A stretch of 64,000 nucleotides of DNA from an uncultured archaeon (GTDB lineage Archaea; Thermoplasmatota; Penumbrarchaeia; JASLWR01): positions 134,036 to 198,035 of the forward strand of contig CAYSHM010000004.1 of assembly GCA_964430885.1 (NCBI GenBank). Direction: 5' to 3'. Within the stretch, counting starts at the first letter, position 1. Each line of letters begins with the position of its first letter. The notes under the pieces were generated by a model that made no database searches, was not told where the DNA came from, and was given only the letters and a program-made list of their open reading frames with translations. Shown here piece by piece: positions 37,054 through 46,994 of this stretch. A program made the translations under genes and the position numbers.

Positions 37054-38901
37054 ATGTTGAAACTTCCTGACTGCCGAAAATTGGACCTTGATAATTATCT
37101 GAGCTCTTCAGAGAGAAAGGAGCTCATGGTCAGGGTGGCCACAAAGGGCAGGAGAGGTTTGGAGGAATTCGTTGAACGGATGTCCAAGAACAAGGATTCT
37201 TCCATTGCCCGCCGCATTGAGAAGGTAAGGAAGGATCTAGAGACCCAGTCAGGCCGGATGAAACAGCTGATAAGAAGAAAATTTCTTCATAAAAGACAGC
37301 GTCTTGAGGAGCAGTATGATAAATTCCGTTCTAGGAATCTTGAGGATGAACTGAAGCAGAAACTGGTAGAATCCAGTAATCAACCAATGTCCATTGATGA
37401 TCTGGATCTTGAAGAGGACAGTTTGATAGATATCATCTTGGGTATGGATAATTTGGGTAGAGAAAGGGGAAAAATGGAGCGTTGGTGGTTCCGATTCAAG
37501 GAAAGGCTTTTTAGAATTATTGGGGGAATACTCCGTTTTTTCGTATGGCTATTGATCAAGCTCAGAATAATGAGACCTACTGACCCTGGACATGATATCC
37601 CGCCTTACCAGTTCATGCTGTCATTTGATGCCATGAGAAGCCCCTATGCCTCTATCGAGCAGAACCTGGACCGGGCGATTTCCCAATCTCCAGATATGGC
37701 AAAAGTGGTAGAGAACAAGATGGGAGGAGGTCTTAAGGGTTCATTTAAAAGAGCTTGGGAGAAAATGACTCGGCCCGACAGATTCAAAAAGAGAGTCCAG
37801 GAAATGATCGCCGATGAATTGAAGGAGAAATTGAAGGAAACCCGGGAGGAATCAAAGCAGACAAAGGAGGAGGTGGAGCGTCTACTGGAGGCAGAGCAGA
37901 GGCGGCAGCAGGAGCTTCAGGAGGAAGAAGCCCATAAGGTAAAGGAACTCACCAAGGAAGAGAAGGATGAGTTAGAGAAGATGTACAAGGAGCTGAGCGC
38001 TACGCCCCTGGACCGGGTAAAAGAGGATGTAGAGAAGGACCTTAAGGAGATGGGTCTGGTGGAGGATAAGGACGGTGAGATGGCCATAACCAATAAACTT
38101 CTGGATATTTTCTCAGAGATAGTTTTCAATATGGAGATGAAGAACATACCTTCCTATCACGCGTCCAAACTCCTGAGTGGTGGAGTAAATACGGGGATAT
38201 TCAGTACTCGAAGAATGAAGAGCCTGAATGAGATGGGGCAGATGAACATTATGAAAAGTGTTGTCGAATCCAGAATATACAACCCTGGATCCCGCTCTAT
38301 AAGTGACGATCATGTCTATGTTTATGAGGAGGAGAAGGGGTCCATACAGCATGTAATACTGGAATTTGACAAGAGCGGTTCCATGGCTGACAAGAGGAAG
38401 ATGGAAGCTGCCAAAAGGGCAATACTGGCACTCTACAGGGCTGTGAAGAACTCCAATTCGGAGAATATAATTGACCTTGTATCATTCGATACCAGGGTCA
38501 ATGTAATGGATCTTAAAGAAGCCTGGAACGCCGAACCCGGAGGATTCACCAATACTGGTGAGGCCCTGAATGTTGCAAAACAGCTTTTTGATAAGACAAA
38601 TACCCTGAAAAAAAGCATCTATCTAGTTACCGATGGGCTGCCTGAAGCCTTTTCAGCCAATGGAAGGGAATATGCAGGGGATTTCGAGAAGAGCATGGAG
38701 TACGCTCTCAAATATGCACATGAGCTAAAGAAGATACCTACATTGAAGTTCACCATAATTTTACTGGAGGTCAAGGATGAGAAGTTCATAGATGCTGCAA
38801 AGAAGATATCCGATGTTCTGAGCGGAAGGATTATCATGACAAATCCTCAGAAACTTGCCTCAGAACTTCTCGTGGAATACAGCAAGAGCGGCATCATGTA
38901 G
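37054..38901 (+). CDS. coiled-coil + C-terminal vWA protein, partner of the AAA+ ATPase
   Basis: MIDAS DKSGS, FTNTG.AL, VTDG.P; long charged coiled coils; one hydrophobic/amphipathic segment. Confidence 0.88.
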   Translation: MLKLPDCRKLDLDNYLSSSERKELMVRVATKGRRGLEEFVERMSKNKDSSIARRIEKVRKDLETQSGRMKQLIRRKFLHKRQRLEEQYDKFRSRNLEDELKQKLVESSNQPMSIDDLDLEEDSLIDIILGMDNLGRERGKMERWWFRFKERLFRIIGGILRFFVWLLIKLRIMRPTDPGHDIPPYQFMLSFDAMRSPYASIEQNLDRAISQSPDMAKVVENKMGGGLKGSFKRAWEKMTRPDRFKKRVQEMIADELKEKLKETREESKQTKEEVERLLEAEQRRQQELQEEEAHKVKELTKEEKDELEKMYKELSATPLDRVKEDVEKDLKEMGLVEDKDGEMAITNKLLDIFSEIVFNMEMKNIPSYHASKLLSGGVNTGIFSTRRMKSLNEMGQMNIMKSVVESRIYNPGSRSISDDHVYVYEEEKGSIQHVILEFDKSGSMADKRKMEAAKRAILALYRAVKNSNSENIIDLVSFDTRVNVMDLKEAWNAEPGGFTNTGEALNVAKQLFDKTNTLKKSIYLVTDGLPEAFSANGREYAGDFEKSMEYALKYAHELKKIPTLKFTIILLEVKDEKFIDAAKKISDVLSGRIIMTNPQKLASELLVEYSKSGIM

Positions 38902-39007
38902 TATGTTCGTTTTGCCCTTGAATTGGTATTATTCCAATCATCCAGCCTAATTTAGATAGTTAGTATTTTAAAAATCGGATTTAAATAAGTGCAGTAATAT
39001 TGGTGGT

Positions 39008-41149
39008 GTGATGAAAAAGACCGTTCTGACTGTGATCTGTATCATAGCATTGTTCATCAACGCCTATTTCGGTTATTTTGGATATGTTGAAGATGTTGCC
39101 GATGATGAAAATGGAGATGAGAACGGCGGGGGTGATGACGATGATGACGGCAACGGGAATGGCGGAAATGACGATGATGATGACGGTCCAGGTCCACAGG
39201 CTACTGACGAGGTCATTGTTAATATAAGGAGCGGTGAAAGCCGTAGTGTGGATACCGAGAACCTATCGCTGAAGATCAAGGTATTATCCATAACCGGCAG
39301 CAAGGTGAACCTTGAAGTGGACCCCGGTTCCCACGAGGCTACTGCAGCCGAGGGCAGCGAATCCAAGATCATGCTCAGCGGGGATCATTATGTTTTGATC
39401 AAGGTACTTTCAATAGAGGGTGATACTGTATCCCTGAGAGTATCCGAGTTCGAGAAATTCTCAGTCCATCAGCCCCCTGAGATGATAGGTGACGAGTATA
39501 CCTATGATTTCGGGATGTATGTGGAAGTGTATAACCAGAACCTTACCAGTGGTGAATATACCAAGTATACCATGAGCAGCGACGGTTCCTGGGTATCCAT
39601 GGTCGAGGGCCCCTTTGATGTGGAAACAGGGTATGGTGACAAACACCCTTCCATAATGAACCGCTACATACTAAACGGCGAGTTCGAGATCACTGTGGAA
39701 ACTGAAAGTACCGGCGAGATAACAGTGAACGGTGATTTTGAAGCCGATGATAAGGAATATACTGAACTGATGGAGAAGAAGAACATCAAGTCGGATAAAA
39801 CAGGTATGATGGGCGTGGACAGCCTTCCGAATTCCAATATCGGCGGGCCTGTGAGCTACAGCGGGAAGATGAGATACTATCCCGATCCCAAGGTTGACCA
39901 GGATCCCACCATTTCCCAGAGGATATACGGGGATAAGACCATCACAGAGGGCGATACAGGCAGCGTTTACTTCGAGGGGGCTACGGAGCAATCTTCTTCT
40001 TATTATAACTGGACTGCCATAGGGCAGGAAGTATTACGGGTGCAGGGGCAGGACATCCCTACCCTTCTTATGAATATATCATCCCACAACAGCGATATGA
40101 CCACCCAGCTCAGCGAGGGTTTTGTCGATAAGAACCTGTATTATGAGTTTGATTTCAAAAGAAGCGTTTGGCTATCCAATGAGAATTCCCACATTATCCG
40201 GGAGATATTCCACACCAATACCTCCTACGAGAATGAAGAGGAGATATCCTGGTTCGTATTTGAGGAAACAAGGGATCTTCTGAGCTTCTCCGCTGGAGAT
40301 ACTGAGATACCCTGGGATCCTTCAGGGACTCCGGATTATCCTGACCGACATCCCACTGGAGAATACCTGGAATGGGATATGGTTCCTGCGGGGGGCTATC
40401 TATTTCCTCCTGATGCCGAACCCGAGGATCTGACAGTCCAGATGGACCCTGAAGCGGCCTTTGAGTTCGGTCTTGAGAACAATGACGATCTGAATGATTA
40501 TCTTGGGCAATATCCCAATGCATTCGTTACCTGGGCCAAGTACAATACTTCACTTCAGACCCCTCAGCTGAATGATAAGACGGGTTCCCATAGATGGAAT
40601 TTCTCACTGGAAGACCCCATGAGCGATGACCTGGCTCTCAGCTACAAAGAGAAAAACGGTAATTGGCCGATGAGACATTACCAGTTCAGGGTGGCCAAGA
40701 ACTTGACCATCAACAAAAATCCCCTGGATCCGAAACAGTATGATCATACAATCGAGATAGATGATGACATGGGCATGGAGCGGGGCTGGACAAATATCGG
40801 GCGCAGTGAGCTTGACAGCAGGGGTTTGACCCTCTCGGGAGCTCACGATATTATTAAAGCAGATCCTGATGCAGGTGCACAGCTCTTCGATTCCAGCGGA
40901 AATCTTATACTTGAGGATCTTGCCATTCACGTTGGGAAGATTGCAGGCGCCGAGGAGGCCCCTGGTGCCGAGATAATAGAGGCCCTTACCGGGTTGTATG
41001 TCCCGTACACCAAGTACACCTGGTCATTCCAGCGCGCCTCATTGAAGGAGATGGGGGACACTTTTATAATCAGCGTGGATGTGGATACGGGAAGGGTGGT
41101 GCAGATAACCCAGCTCGAAGGGAACCAGCTGCTAGCCATCTTTGAATAA
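39008..41149 (+). CDS. hypothetical secreted / N-anchored acidic protein
   Basis: MKKT plus hydrophobic helix, Asp/Gly-rich linker, beta-rich body; no family recognised. TTAAATA at 38981-38987. Confidence 0.8.
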   Translation: MMKKTVLTVICIIALFINAYFGYFGYVEDVADDENGDENGGGDDDDDGNGNGGNDDDDDGPGPQATDEVIVNIRSGESRSVDTENLSLKIKVLSITGSKVNLEVDPGSHEATAAEGSESKIMLSGDHYVLIKVLSIEGDTVSLRVSEFEKFSVHQPPEMIGDEYTYDFGMYVEVYNQNLTSGEYTKYTMSSDGSWVSMVEGPFDVETGYGDKHPSIMNRYILNGEFEITVETESTGEITVNGDFEADDKEYTELMEKKNIKSDKTGMMGVDSLPNSNIGGPVSYSGKMRYYPDPKVDQDPTISQRIYGDKTITEGDTGSVYFEGATEQSSSYYNWTAIGQEVLRVQGQDIPTLLMNISSHNSDMTTQLSEGFVDKNLYYEFDFKRSVWLSNENSHIIREIFHTNTSYENEEEISWFVFEETRDLLSFSAGDTEIPWDPSGTPDYPDRHPTGEYLEWDMVPAGGYLFPPDAEPEDLTVQMDPEAAFEFGLENNDDLNDYLGQYPNAFVTWAKYNTSLQTPQLNDKTGSHRWNFSLEDPMSDDLALSYKEKNGNWPMRHYQFRVAKNLTINKNPLDPKQYDHTIEIDDDMGMERGWTNIGRSELDSRGLTLSGAHDIIKADPDAGAQLFDSSGNLILEDLAIHVGKIAGAEEAPGAEIIEALTGLYVPYTKYTWSFQRASLKEMGDTFIISVDVDTGRVVQITQLEGNQLLAIFE

Positions 41150-41152
41150 GGC

Positions 41153-42388
41153 GTGATCATTGTGAAAGGTAAAAATGAGAAGATGCCTGTGAGTACCATC
41201 AAAAGAATGGCAGCGTTCTCCCTGGTCCTGTTGTCATTTGTTTTCTTATTGATTGCGCATTTTATTCCTGCATGTACAATAGAAGCGGATATGCCAGTAA
41301 GGACTCCTATGGGGGAGACCATCGAGACAGGTTTGGATGGGGAAATTTATCTCCATAGATTTGATATCGGGGCAAAGGTAGAAGGCGGGATTGTAGGTGA
41401 AAAAGTTGAAATTCAGCGTGACGGCTATTTTCTGGAAGGGCCCGGGGATGACCTTTCTGACCGATTGGGGGTCATTATGAACAGTCATGGGAATTACACC
41501 TACGAGATGGCCTCGAGGACCTCCGGTACATATGATCCCTATAAAGGCAGGAACAACGGGGGGAAGATAGCTGTCAAATCGGTTATCGAACGGGTTCCCT
41601 TCTGGGTGGGAGGATTGGAATACAGTCATAAGATCACAATCTACCTGAACAATACCATGAACCTCTCCAGGGTTGATATATCCCGAGTTTGGGTAGAGGT
41701 CTGGTACGACTATAACGATGATACCAATGATTACGAGAAGAAAAAAGTGGTATGGGAAAGGGATGTGAATGATGTTCTCGAGGATGAAACTGATTTCTTG
41801 GAATATTCCCACAGTATGAAATATACCACATCGGAAGATAAAATAGGCATTGCTACCCGGGCGGAATGTACAATGACCGATATATTGGGAAATACGGATG
41901 ACAGTCCGGACCTTCCCTTTGCCTCTGATAGCTATCCCCATCCCCACAATGTATACGTGGTCACCCATTACAACGGGATAAGGGTTGCTCTCCTGGTGCT
42001 TGCATTTCCAATGTTCATTATTTCAGCCCTTCTGGCTATCCCAGGTTCATATTTCATATTTAAGAGCCAAAGACGCGCGTTTAAATATTTTTTTTCAGGC
42101 GGTGTCATCACAGGTCTTGGAATATTTTTCTATTGGTGGGGAGTGAATGCAGTTATAGAGATGTCCTCTGCTTCCTCTGCGCTTTCCGCTATAAGCAAGA
42201 ACTTCTTTGAATGGAATTGGGCAGTTTTTATACCTTTGGTGTCATCAGTAATGCTCTTGGGTGCGGGAGTATTTATCAGATTGTCGTTTCCACCATCTTT
42301 GAAGGATATTGAGGAGGTGGAAGAGTGCTATGAAAATGATGATGGCAGCGTGATGGAAGGGATGGATGAAGGGGAAGGCAGTTCCTAA
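41153..42388 (+). CDS. hypothetical membrane protein (1+3 TM with a large extracellular loop)
   Basis: Long ORF 3 nt after the previous gene; N-terminal TM, about 230-aa loop, three C-terminal TMs, acidic tail. Confidence 0.75.
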   Translation: MIIVKGKNEKMPVSTIKRMAAFSLVLLSFVFLLIAHFIPACTIEADMPVRTPMGETIETGLDGEIYLHRFDIGAKVEGGIVGEKVEIQRDGYFLEGPGDDLSDRLGVIMNSHGNYTYEMASRTSGTYDPYKGRNNGGKIAVKSVIERVPFWVGGLEYSHKITIYLNNTMNLSRVDISRVWVEVWYDYNDDTNDYEKKKVVWERDVNDVLEDETDFLEYSHSMKYTTSEDKIGIATRAECTMTDILGNTDDSPDLPFASDSYPHPHNVYVVTHYNGIRVALLVLAFPMFIISALLAIPGSYFIFKSQRRAFKYFFSGGVITGLGIFFYWWGVNAVIEMSSASSALSAISKNFFEWNWAVFIPLVSSVMLLGAGVFIRLSFPPSLKDIEEVEECYENDDGSVMEGMDEGEGSS

Positions 42389-42579
42389 AGAACTCAGGAA
42401 AATAAAACGCTTTTTCAGCCCGAAATGTATGAGTTTTCAAGCCCCTTCTGGATGATCAGTATTTAAAAGGTAGCTAGAAACCTTGTAATTAATGGAAAAA
42501 GGTCTTTAAGCATAAGATATTTTTAGTACCTGATTCCGCTGGAATAATTGAAATTACACCATGGAATAGAGGTTTTTAA

Positions 42580-45186
42580 ATGTGTAGCAATAAGAGAACT
42601 GGTAAGTATTGGATGCTTGTTTTGATAGTAAGTGCGGCCTTGCTGGGAATGCCAGGATTTGTATTTCTTAATAATATTTCTTCTTCAGCGTCAGCGGATG
42701 ACATCTATGCTGTTCCATATCCCACTACCCGGACTAGGTCTGCTGGTGAATGGAATCTGCCCATATGGGAGGTTGGTAATTACTGGTCATTCCGAACAAC
42801 TCTGCATGGAGTTACTGACGAGGGCGATGAGTTCGATGAGTGGGAGAACCGCACCTTAACAGTAACGGCGGTGGACGAGTTATATACTGGTCACGGGAAT
42901 CCCGTGGAATGCTACAATCTCACTCTTTCAGGTAATGTTCAGAACTACATGGCAGCCGAGATGGATACTTCGGAATACGGATTTGATTTCGGAACTGTCC
43001 CTTATAAGACCACTTTGGATGCCACCATATCCGGTTATATGCTTATTGAAAAGACCAGTCTGAGCCCGGTACAGCTATACCGGGAGAAGGAAGGTGTTGC
43101 CACAATATACGACCTTCCGGCACTTGTATCTTTTCTAGAAGGCGACTATGACTACAGTGATTTTTCCATCCGAAATAATACTCCTCCACTGGAACTTTTC
43201 CAACTACCCCAGAGCGCTGGTGACTCCTATCATCTATCCTCACGGGTGGATTACTACACCGAGAACTTTCTGGATATACAGGGAGGCCAGACCCGTAGGT
43301 CCCGAAGCCATTATCTATACGAGGATGATGTGGTGGTAACAAGGGATGATATATCTGTCGATCATGCCGATGCTTTCATGAGCGGCGAGGATCAGAGATG
43401 CCTCAAGGTAGTCCATACCGAGAACGGCGGTGATCTGACTACGGACAAGGAGGAAGAAGTACAGCCGCCTGACGGAGGGACCCGCACAATTCATATGTCC
43501 ACAGTTACGGGTTGGTTCACACAGTTCACTTACGATAATCATTACGGCGACATGGCCTCCGGCTATATTGTTACAGCAGATGATTATCTTAAGGATACAA
43601 ATTATCAGGGAAGGGTACCTGAAGTGGCTGATGCTGCATTCCAAAGTGACCAGGTAATTAACAGTGGAGGCGAGAGCACAATACTGAAGGCCAATATATC
43701 CGATCCCGACGGCACTCTGGATATTGATAAAGTAGAAGCCGACCTGGTGGATATTGGAATAGGCGTTCAGGAAATGTATGACGACGGAACCCACGGCGAT
43801 AGGGCGGCCGGCGACTATGAATATGCCCTTGAGATCGACATACTGGATACCGTTCAGGCAGATACCTATTCAATTGACATTACGGCTTACGATCTTCTTG
43901 AGAACACTGCTACGGCCACAGCGGATCTTACCGTGGAGGACGATAACGAACCTCCAAGCATATATTCTGCCTATCACGACCCTTTGGTCCTATATAATGA
44001 CGGAATTACCGAGGTGAGCTTCTTTGCAGATGCAGGGGATGCTGACGGTCTTGAGGACATTGTTGATCTGTATGCCGATCTTTCCGAGATAGGGGGTGCC
44101 AGCCAGGTATCTCTTTCCGATGATGGTACCGGGGTGGACGTGAGCTCGGGTGACGGTCTGTTTTCCCTGCTGCATATAATTCCTGAAAATATAGGTCCAG
44201 GAGAATACGACGTAGTCTTTACCATAGAGGATGGGGCAGGAGCAGAGGCCAACTACTCCCTCGATGTTACAATTGAGGAATATATCCCGGTTCTCCCGCC
44301 GGTAATTATATCCTTTGGTGCGGAACCCGACACGGCCTTACTTGTTGATGATCTGGAGGTGCTTTTAACTCTGGATATAACTGACGGTAATGGTCTGGAT
44401 ACCATTATCCGGGTCGAGGGCGATCTGACAGAGTTGGACGGCAGCAACAGACAGGAGTTCTATGATGACGGCACGAACGGCGATGAGACCGCTGCCGACG
44501 GTACATATTCATATCTTGCTGAGGTCCCGGATTATCTTCTGGATGATCTGGGTGAGAAGGAGGCGGTTTTCACAATGATGGTCACGGTCACCGATGATAC
44601 CAACGAAAAAGCCTCATGCAACATTACACTAACATTGAAGGAGAATAATGAGGCCCCCTATATCCAGTCATTTTCAGCTGAAGGAAAGGATGTTCTGAAC
44701 GATAAGAAGGACGAGGTCAAGGTCACCATCATTGTAGGTGACAATAACACAGTTGCAGATATTGAAAGAGTTTGGATAGATCTCACAGGTGCAGGAGGCG
44801 TGGAGATGGACCTTGCTACAGAATCCCTGGACTTCGAGATGGTGGGAACCTATGAGGGGACCTTTACAGTTCCCAGTTCGGTTCCGCCGGGTTCATATAC
44901 CATATCGCTATATGCAGAGGATTCCGCGGGTCAGCAGGCGGTTTACAGTTTTACCATAGAGGTTACAGCACCGGCCTCAGGCGATGATGATACCGGAGAC
45001 GATGATACAACTGGAGATGACGATACTGGAGACGATGACACCGGTGGCGACGATGATATAACTGGAGATGACGATACTTCCGATGGAAAGGGCAAATCAG
45101 GTGACAGTCCCGGCTTTACGATGGCACTGGTTGCATCTGTTATCGCAGGCTTCATTATTGTGAGCATCTACCGCCGGAAAGAATAA
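42580..45186 (+). CDS. surface protein with repeated Ig-like 'choice-of-anchor X'-type domains and PGF-CTERM
   Basis: Signal peptide; three (Y/S)DDGT..D....D..(Y/F) repeats plus a degenerate fourth; GDDDT linker; SPGF-TM-RRKE. Confidence 0.87.
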   Translation: MCSNKRTGKYWMLVLIVSAALLGMPGFVFLNNISSSASADDIYAVPYPTTRTRSAGEWNLPIWEVGNYWSFRTTLHGVTDEGDEFDEWENRTLTVTAVDELYTGHGNPVECYNLTLSGNVQNYMAAEMDTSEYGFDFGTVPYKTTLDATISGYMLIEKTSLSPVQLYREKEGVATIYDLPALVSFLEGDYDYSDFSIRNNTPPLELFQLPQSAGDSYHLSSRVDYYTENFLDIQGGQTRRSRSHYLYEDDVVVTRDDISVDHADAFMSGEDQRCLKVVHTENGGDLTTDKEEEVQPPDGGTRTIHMSTVTGWFTQFTYDNHYGDMASGYIVTADDYLKDTNYQGRVPEVADAAFQSDQVINSGGESTILKANISDPDGTLDIDKVEADLVDIGIGVQEMYDDGTHGDRAAGDYEYALEIDILDTVQADTYSIDITAYDLLENTATATADLTVEDDNEPPSIYSAYHDPLVLYNDGITEVSFFADAGDADGLEDIVDLYADLSEIGGASQVSLSDDGTGVDVSSGDGLFSLLHIIPENIGPGEYDVVFTIEDGAGAEANYSLDVTIEEYIPVLPPVIISFGAEPDTALLVDDLEVLLTLDITDGNGLDTIIRVEGDLTELDGSNRQEFYDDGTNGDETAADGTYSYLAEVPDYLLDDLGEKEAVFTMMVTVTDDTNEKASCNITLTLKENNEAPYIQSFSAEGKDVLNDKKDEVKVTIIVGDNNTVADIERVWIDLTGAGGVEMDLATESLDFEMVGTYEGTFTVPSSVPPGSYTISLYAEDSAGQQAVYSFTIEVTAPASGDDDTGDDDTTGDDDTGDDDTGGDDDITGDDDTSDGKGKSGDSPGFTMALVASVIAGFIIVSIYRRKE
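44980..45078 (+). repeat. coding tandem repeat, six GDDD(T/I) units of 15-18 bp
   Basis: GDDDT GDDDTT GDDDT GDDDTG GDDDIT GDDDT with synonymous variation. Confidence 0.9.
45109..45186 (+). other. PGF-CTERM sorting signal (coding)
   Basis: PGF, hydrophobic helix and RRK at the C-terminus. Confidence 0.85.
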
Positions 45187-45246
45187 TAACCCGAAAAGCC
45201 TTCATCATATCATAAATGGTATCAGGTGCCGTGAGGTGGTGCGGTA

Positions 45247-46260
45247 TTGCGAATGGTCAGCCGTGACCCATACAAAAAGAGATTCTTCAAAAGGGAACCT
45301 TCTCCTCTAAGAATACTGCTGCTCAGATTACTGATAGTGGTAGTTCTGCTTTTCATCTTGGCCTTCATATTCTGGGCAATAGAGCGGGACAGCATAAAGG
45401 ATACCGCAGGCGGTAATTTTTCATTTTTTGATTCATTATACTTTACAGTTGTAACAGTCACAACCCTTGGTTACGGGGATATAGTCCCGGTCACCGAGGG
45501 TGCCAGGATGTTCGATGCTTTTATAATCACGCCTGTAAGGATGATAGTTTGGGTAATGTTCATCGGCACTGCATATCAGTTGATAATTCAGAAATACTGG
45601 GAGAGGTTCAGGATGAAAAGGGCTCTTAGCAAGATGAAGGGACATGTGATCGTAACCGGCTATGGAACCACTGGGGCCACCACAGTGAAGGAACTGCTTT
45701 TGAAGGGATATGATGAGAACTCTCTTGTTGTTATTGATAGGGACGAGAAGAAGGCCCAAACCGCGGGTGAGGATGGCGTTACGGCTCTAGTAGGTGATTC
45801 CACCAGGGAGAGTGTATTGATGGAGGCTGGGATAGGTACCGCACAGAGCCTACTTGTAACTATACCTCATGATGATACCAATGTGCTTATTGCCCTTACC
45901 GCAAAGGACCTGAATCCCCGGCTGAAAGTTATAGCCCGCGTTAGCCAGAAGGAGAATGTCAAACAGCTGGAAAGAGCAGGCGCGGATATTGTGGTTTCTC
46001 CTTCCCTGACCAGCGGAAATCTAATGGCCATGGCGGTCTCCAGCAGTTCAAGTGTACGGATGATGGGTGATCTTCTAACCACCAGCAGAGGCGAGAATGT
46101 ATCCCAGAGAACGGTCAAATCCGATGAAGTTGGCAAGAGACCCAAAGAATTGAAGGGGATGGTAGTAATAGGAGTGATATCCGGGCAGAAGGATTACGGA
46201 CCAACTAAACTGGACGGTCTTAAACTGAAGAAGGGTGATCAGCTGATCATTATAGGGTGA
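45247..46260 (+). CDS. 2-TM potassium channel with RCK/TrkA-N domain (MthK/Kch-like)
   Basis: Selectivity filter TVTTLGYGD; HVIVTGYG..G; GDST; L.RAGAD.VVSP. Confidence 0.95.
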   Translation: MRMVSRDPYKKRFFKREPSPLRILLLRLLIVVVLLFILAFIFWAIERDSIKDTAGGNFSFFDSLYFTVVTVTTLGYGDIVPVTEGARMFDAFIITPVRMIVWVMFIGTAYQLIIQKYWERFRMKRALSKMKGHVIVTGYGTTGATTVKELLLKGYDENSLVVIDRDEKKAQTAGEDGVTALVGDSTRESVLMEAGIGTAQSLLVTIPHDDTNVLIALTAKDLNPRLKVIARVSQKENVKQLERAGADIVVSPSLTSGNLMAMAVSSSSSVRMMGDLLTTSRGENVSQRTVKSDEVGKRPKELKGMVVIGVISGQKDYGPTKLDGLKLKKGDQLIIIG

Positions 46261-46328
46261 GTGATTTTTTAGCAATCTCCAAATTCATATTTGTATTACT
46301 ATTAGTCCATTACAAAAATAATAAAGAT

Positions 46329-46994
46329 CTATGACGAATAATCTGAATTGTAGCTGACCAGTGCAGCATCCTTGACCCCTTTGAGTTTCAGGAACTTGTC
46401 CACAGTCCCAACCTCTTTGTCCCGAAGCCTCACTTCTACCATCAGCTCTATTCCTGAACCATTGACCGTCCGCGACCTTACCTTGTGCTTGGGCAGGCCG
46501 GTCTGGACCTTTTTTTCAGCCTCCTTGTTATAGTGGATCACAAGAAGATAAGGGCTGGACGGTTTCAGGTTCACCCTGGTCAATCCAATAAGGAACAGCC
46601 CTATCATCAAGCATCCGACTATGGCTATCATGTAGAGCCCGGCTCCGCATGTTATGCCCACAGCAATGGCCCAGAAAGTGAAGATGATGTCAGTAGGATC
46701 CTTTATGGCAGCCCTGAAACGCACAATGCTCAATGCACCCACCATACCCAGGGATAGGGCGATATTGGAACTTATGGGCAGTATCACGAGAGCAGTCACC
46801 AGGCTTGTCAGGACAAGTCCTACATTGAAGTTGCGGGTATAAAGGACGCCCTTGAAGGTCACTCGGTATATGAAAAAGATAAAGAGCGCCACCAAGAATG
46901 TCACCGCCAGCGCTATTACTACCCTTTCAACTGTAAGCGTTTGATATGTGTTTGCAGGATTTGTGAATTCATCCATCAGATCGTTCCAGTTCAT
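46329..46994 (-). CDS. DUF4956 family membrane protein (MgtC/SapB-like TM domain + C-terminal soluble domain)
   Basis: Y..TF.GV.Y...FN, SNIALSLGMVGALSIVRFR.AIKDP.D, FWAIAVGI.CGAG. Confidence 0.93.
   Translation of the reverse strand: MNWNDLMDEFTNPANTYQTLTVERVVIALAVTFLVALFIFFIYRVTFKGVLYTRNFNVGLVLTSLVTALVILPISSNIALSLGMVGALSIVRFRAAIKDPTDIIFTFWAIAVGITCGAGLYMIAIVGCLMIGLFLIGLTRVNLKPSSPYLLVIHYNKEAEKKVQTGLPKHKVRSRTVNGSGIELMVEVRLRDKEVGTVDKFLKLKGVKDAALVSYNSDYSS

Noticed and set aside
44980-45078. Short tandem repeats resembling a CRISPR or VNTR array
   Set aside because: They are in-frame coding repeats with synonymous variation, no unique spacers and no cas genes.
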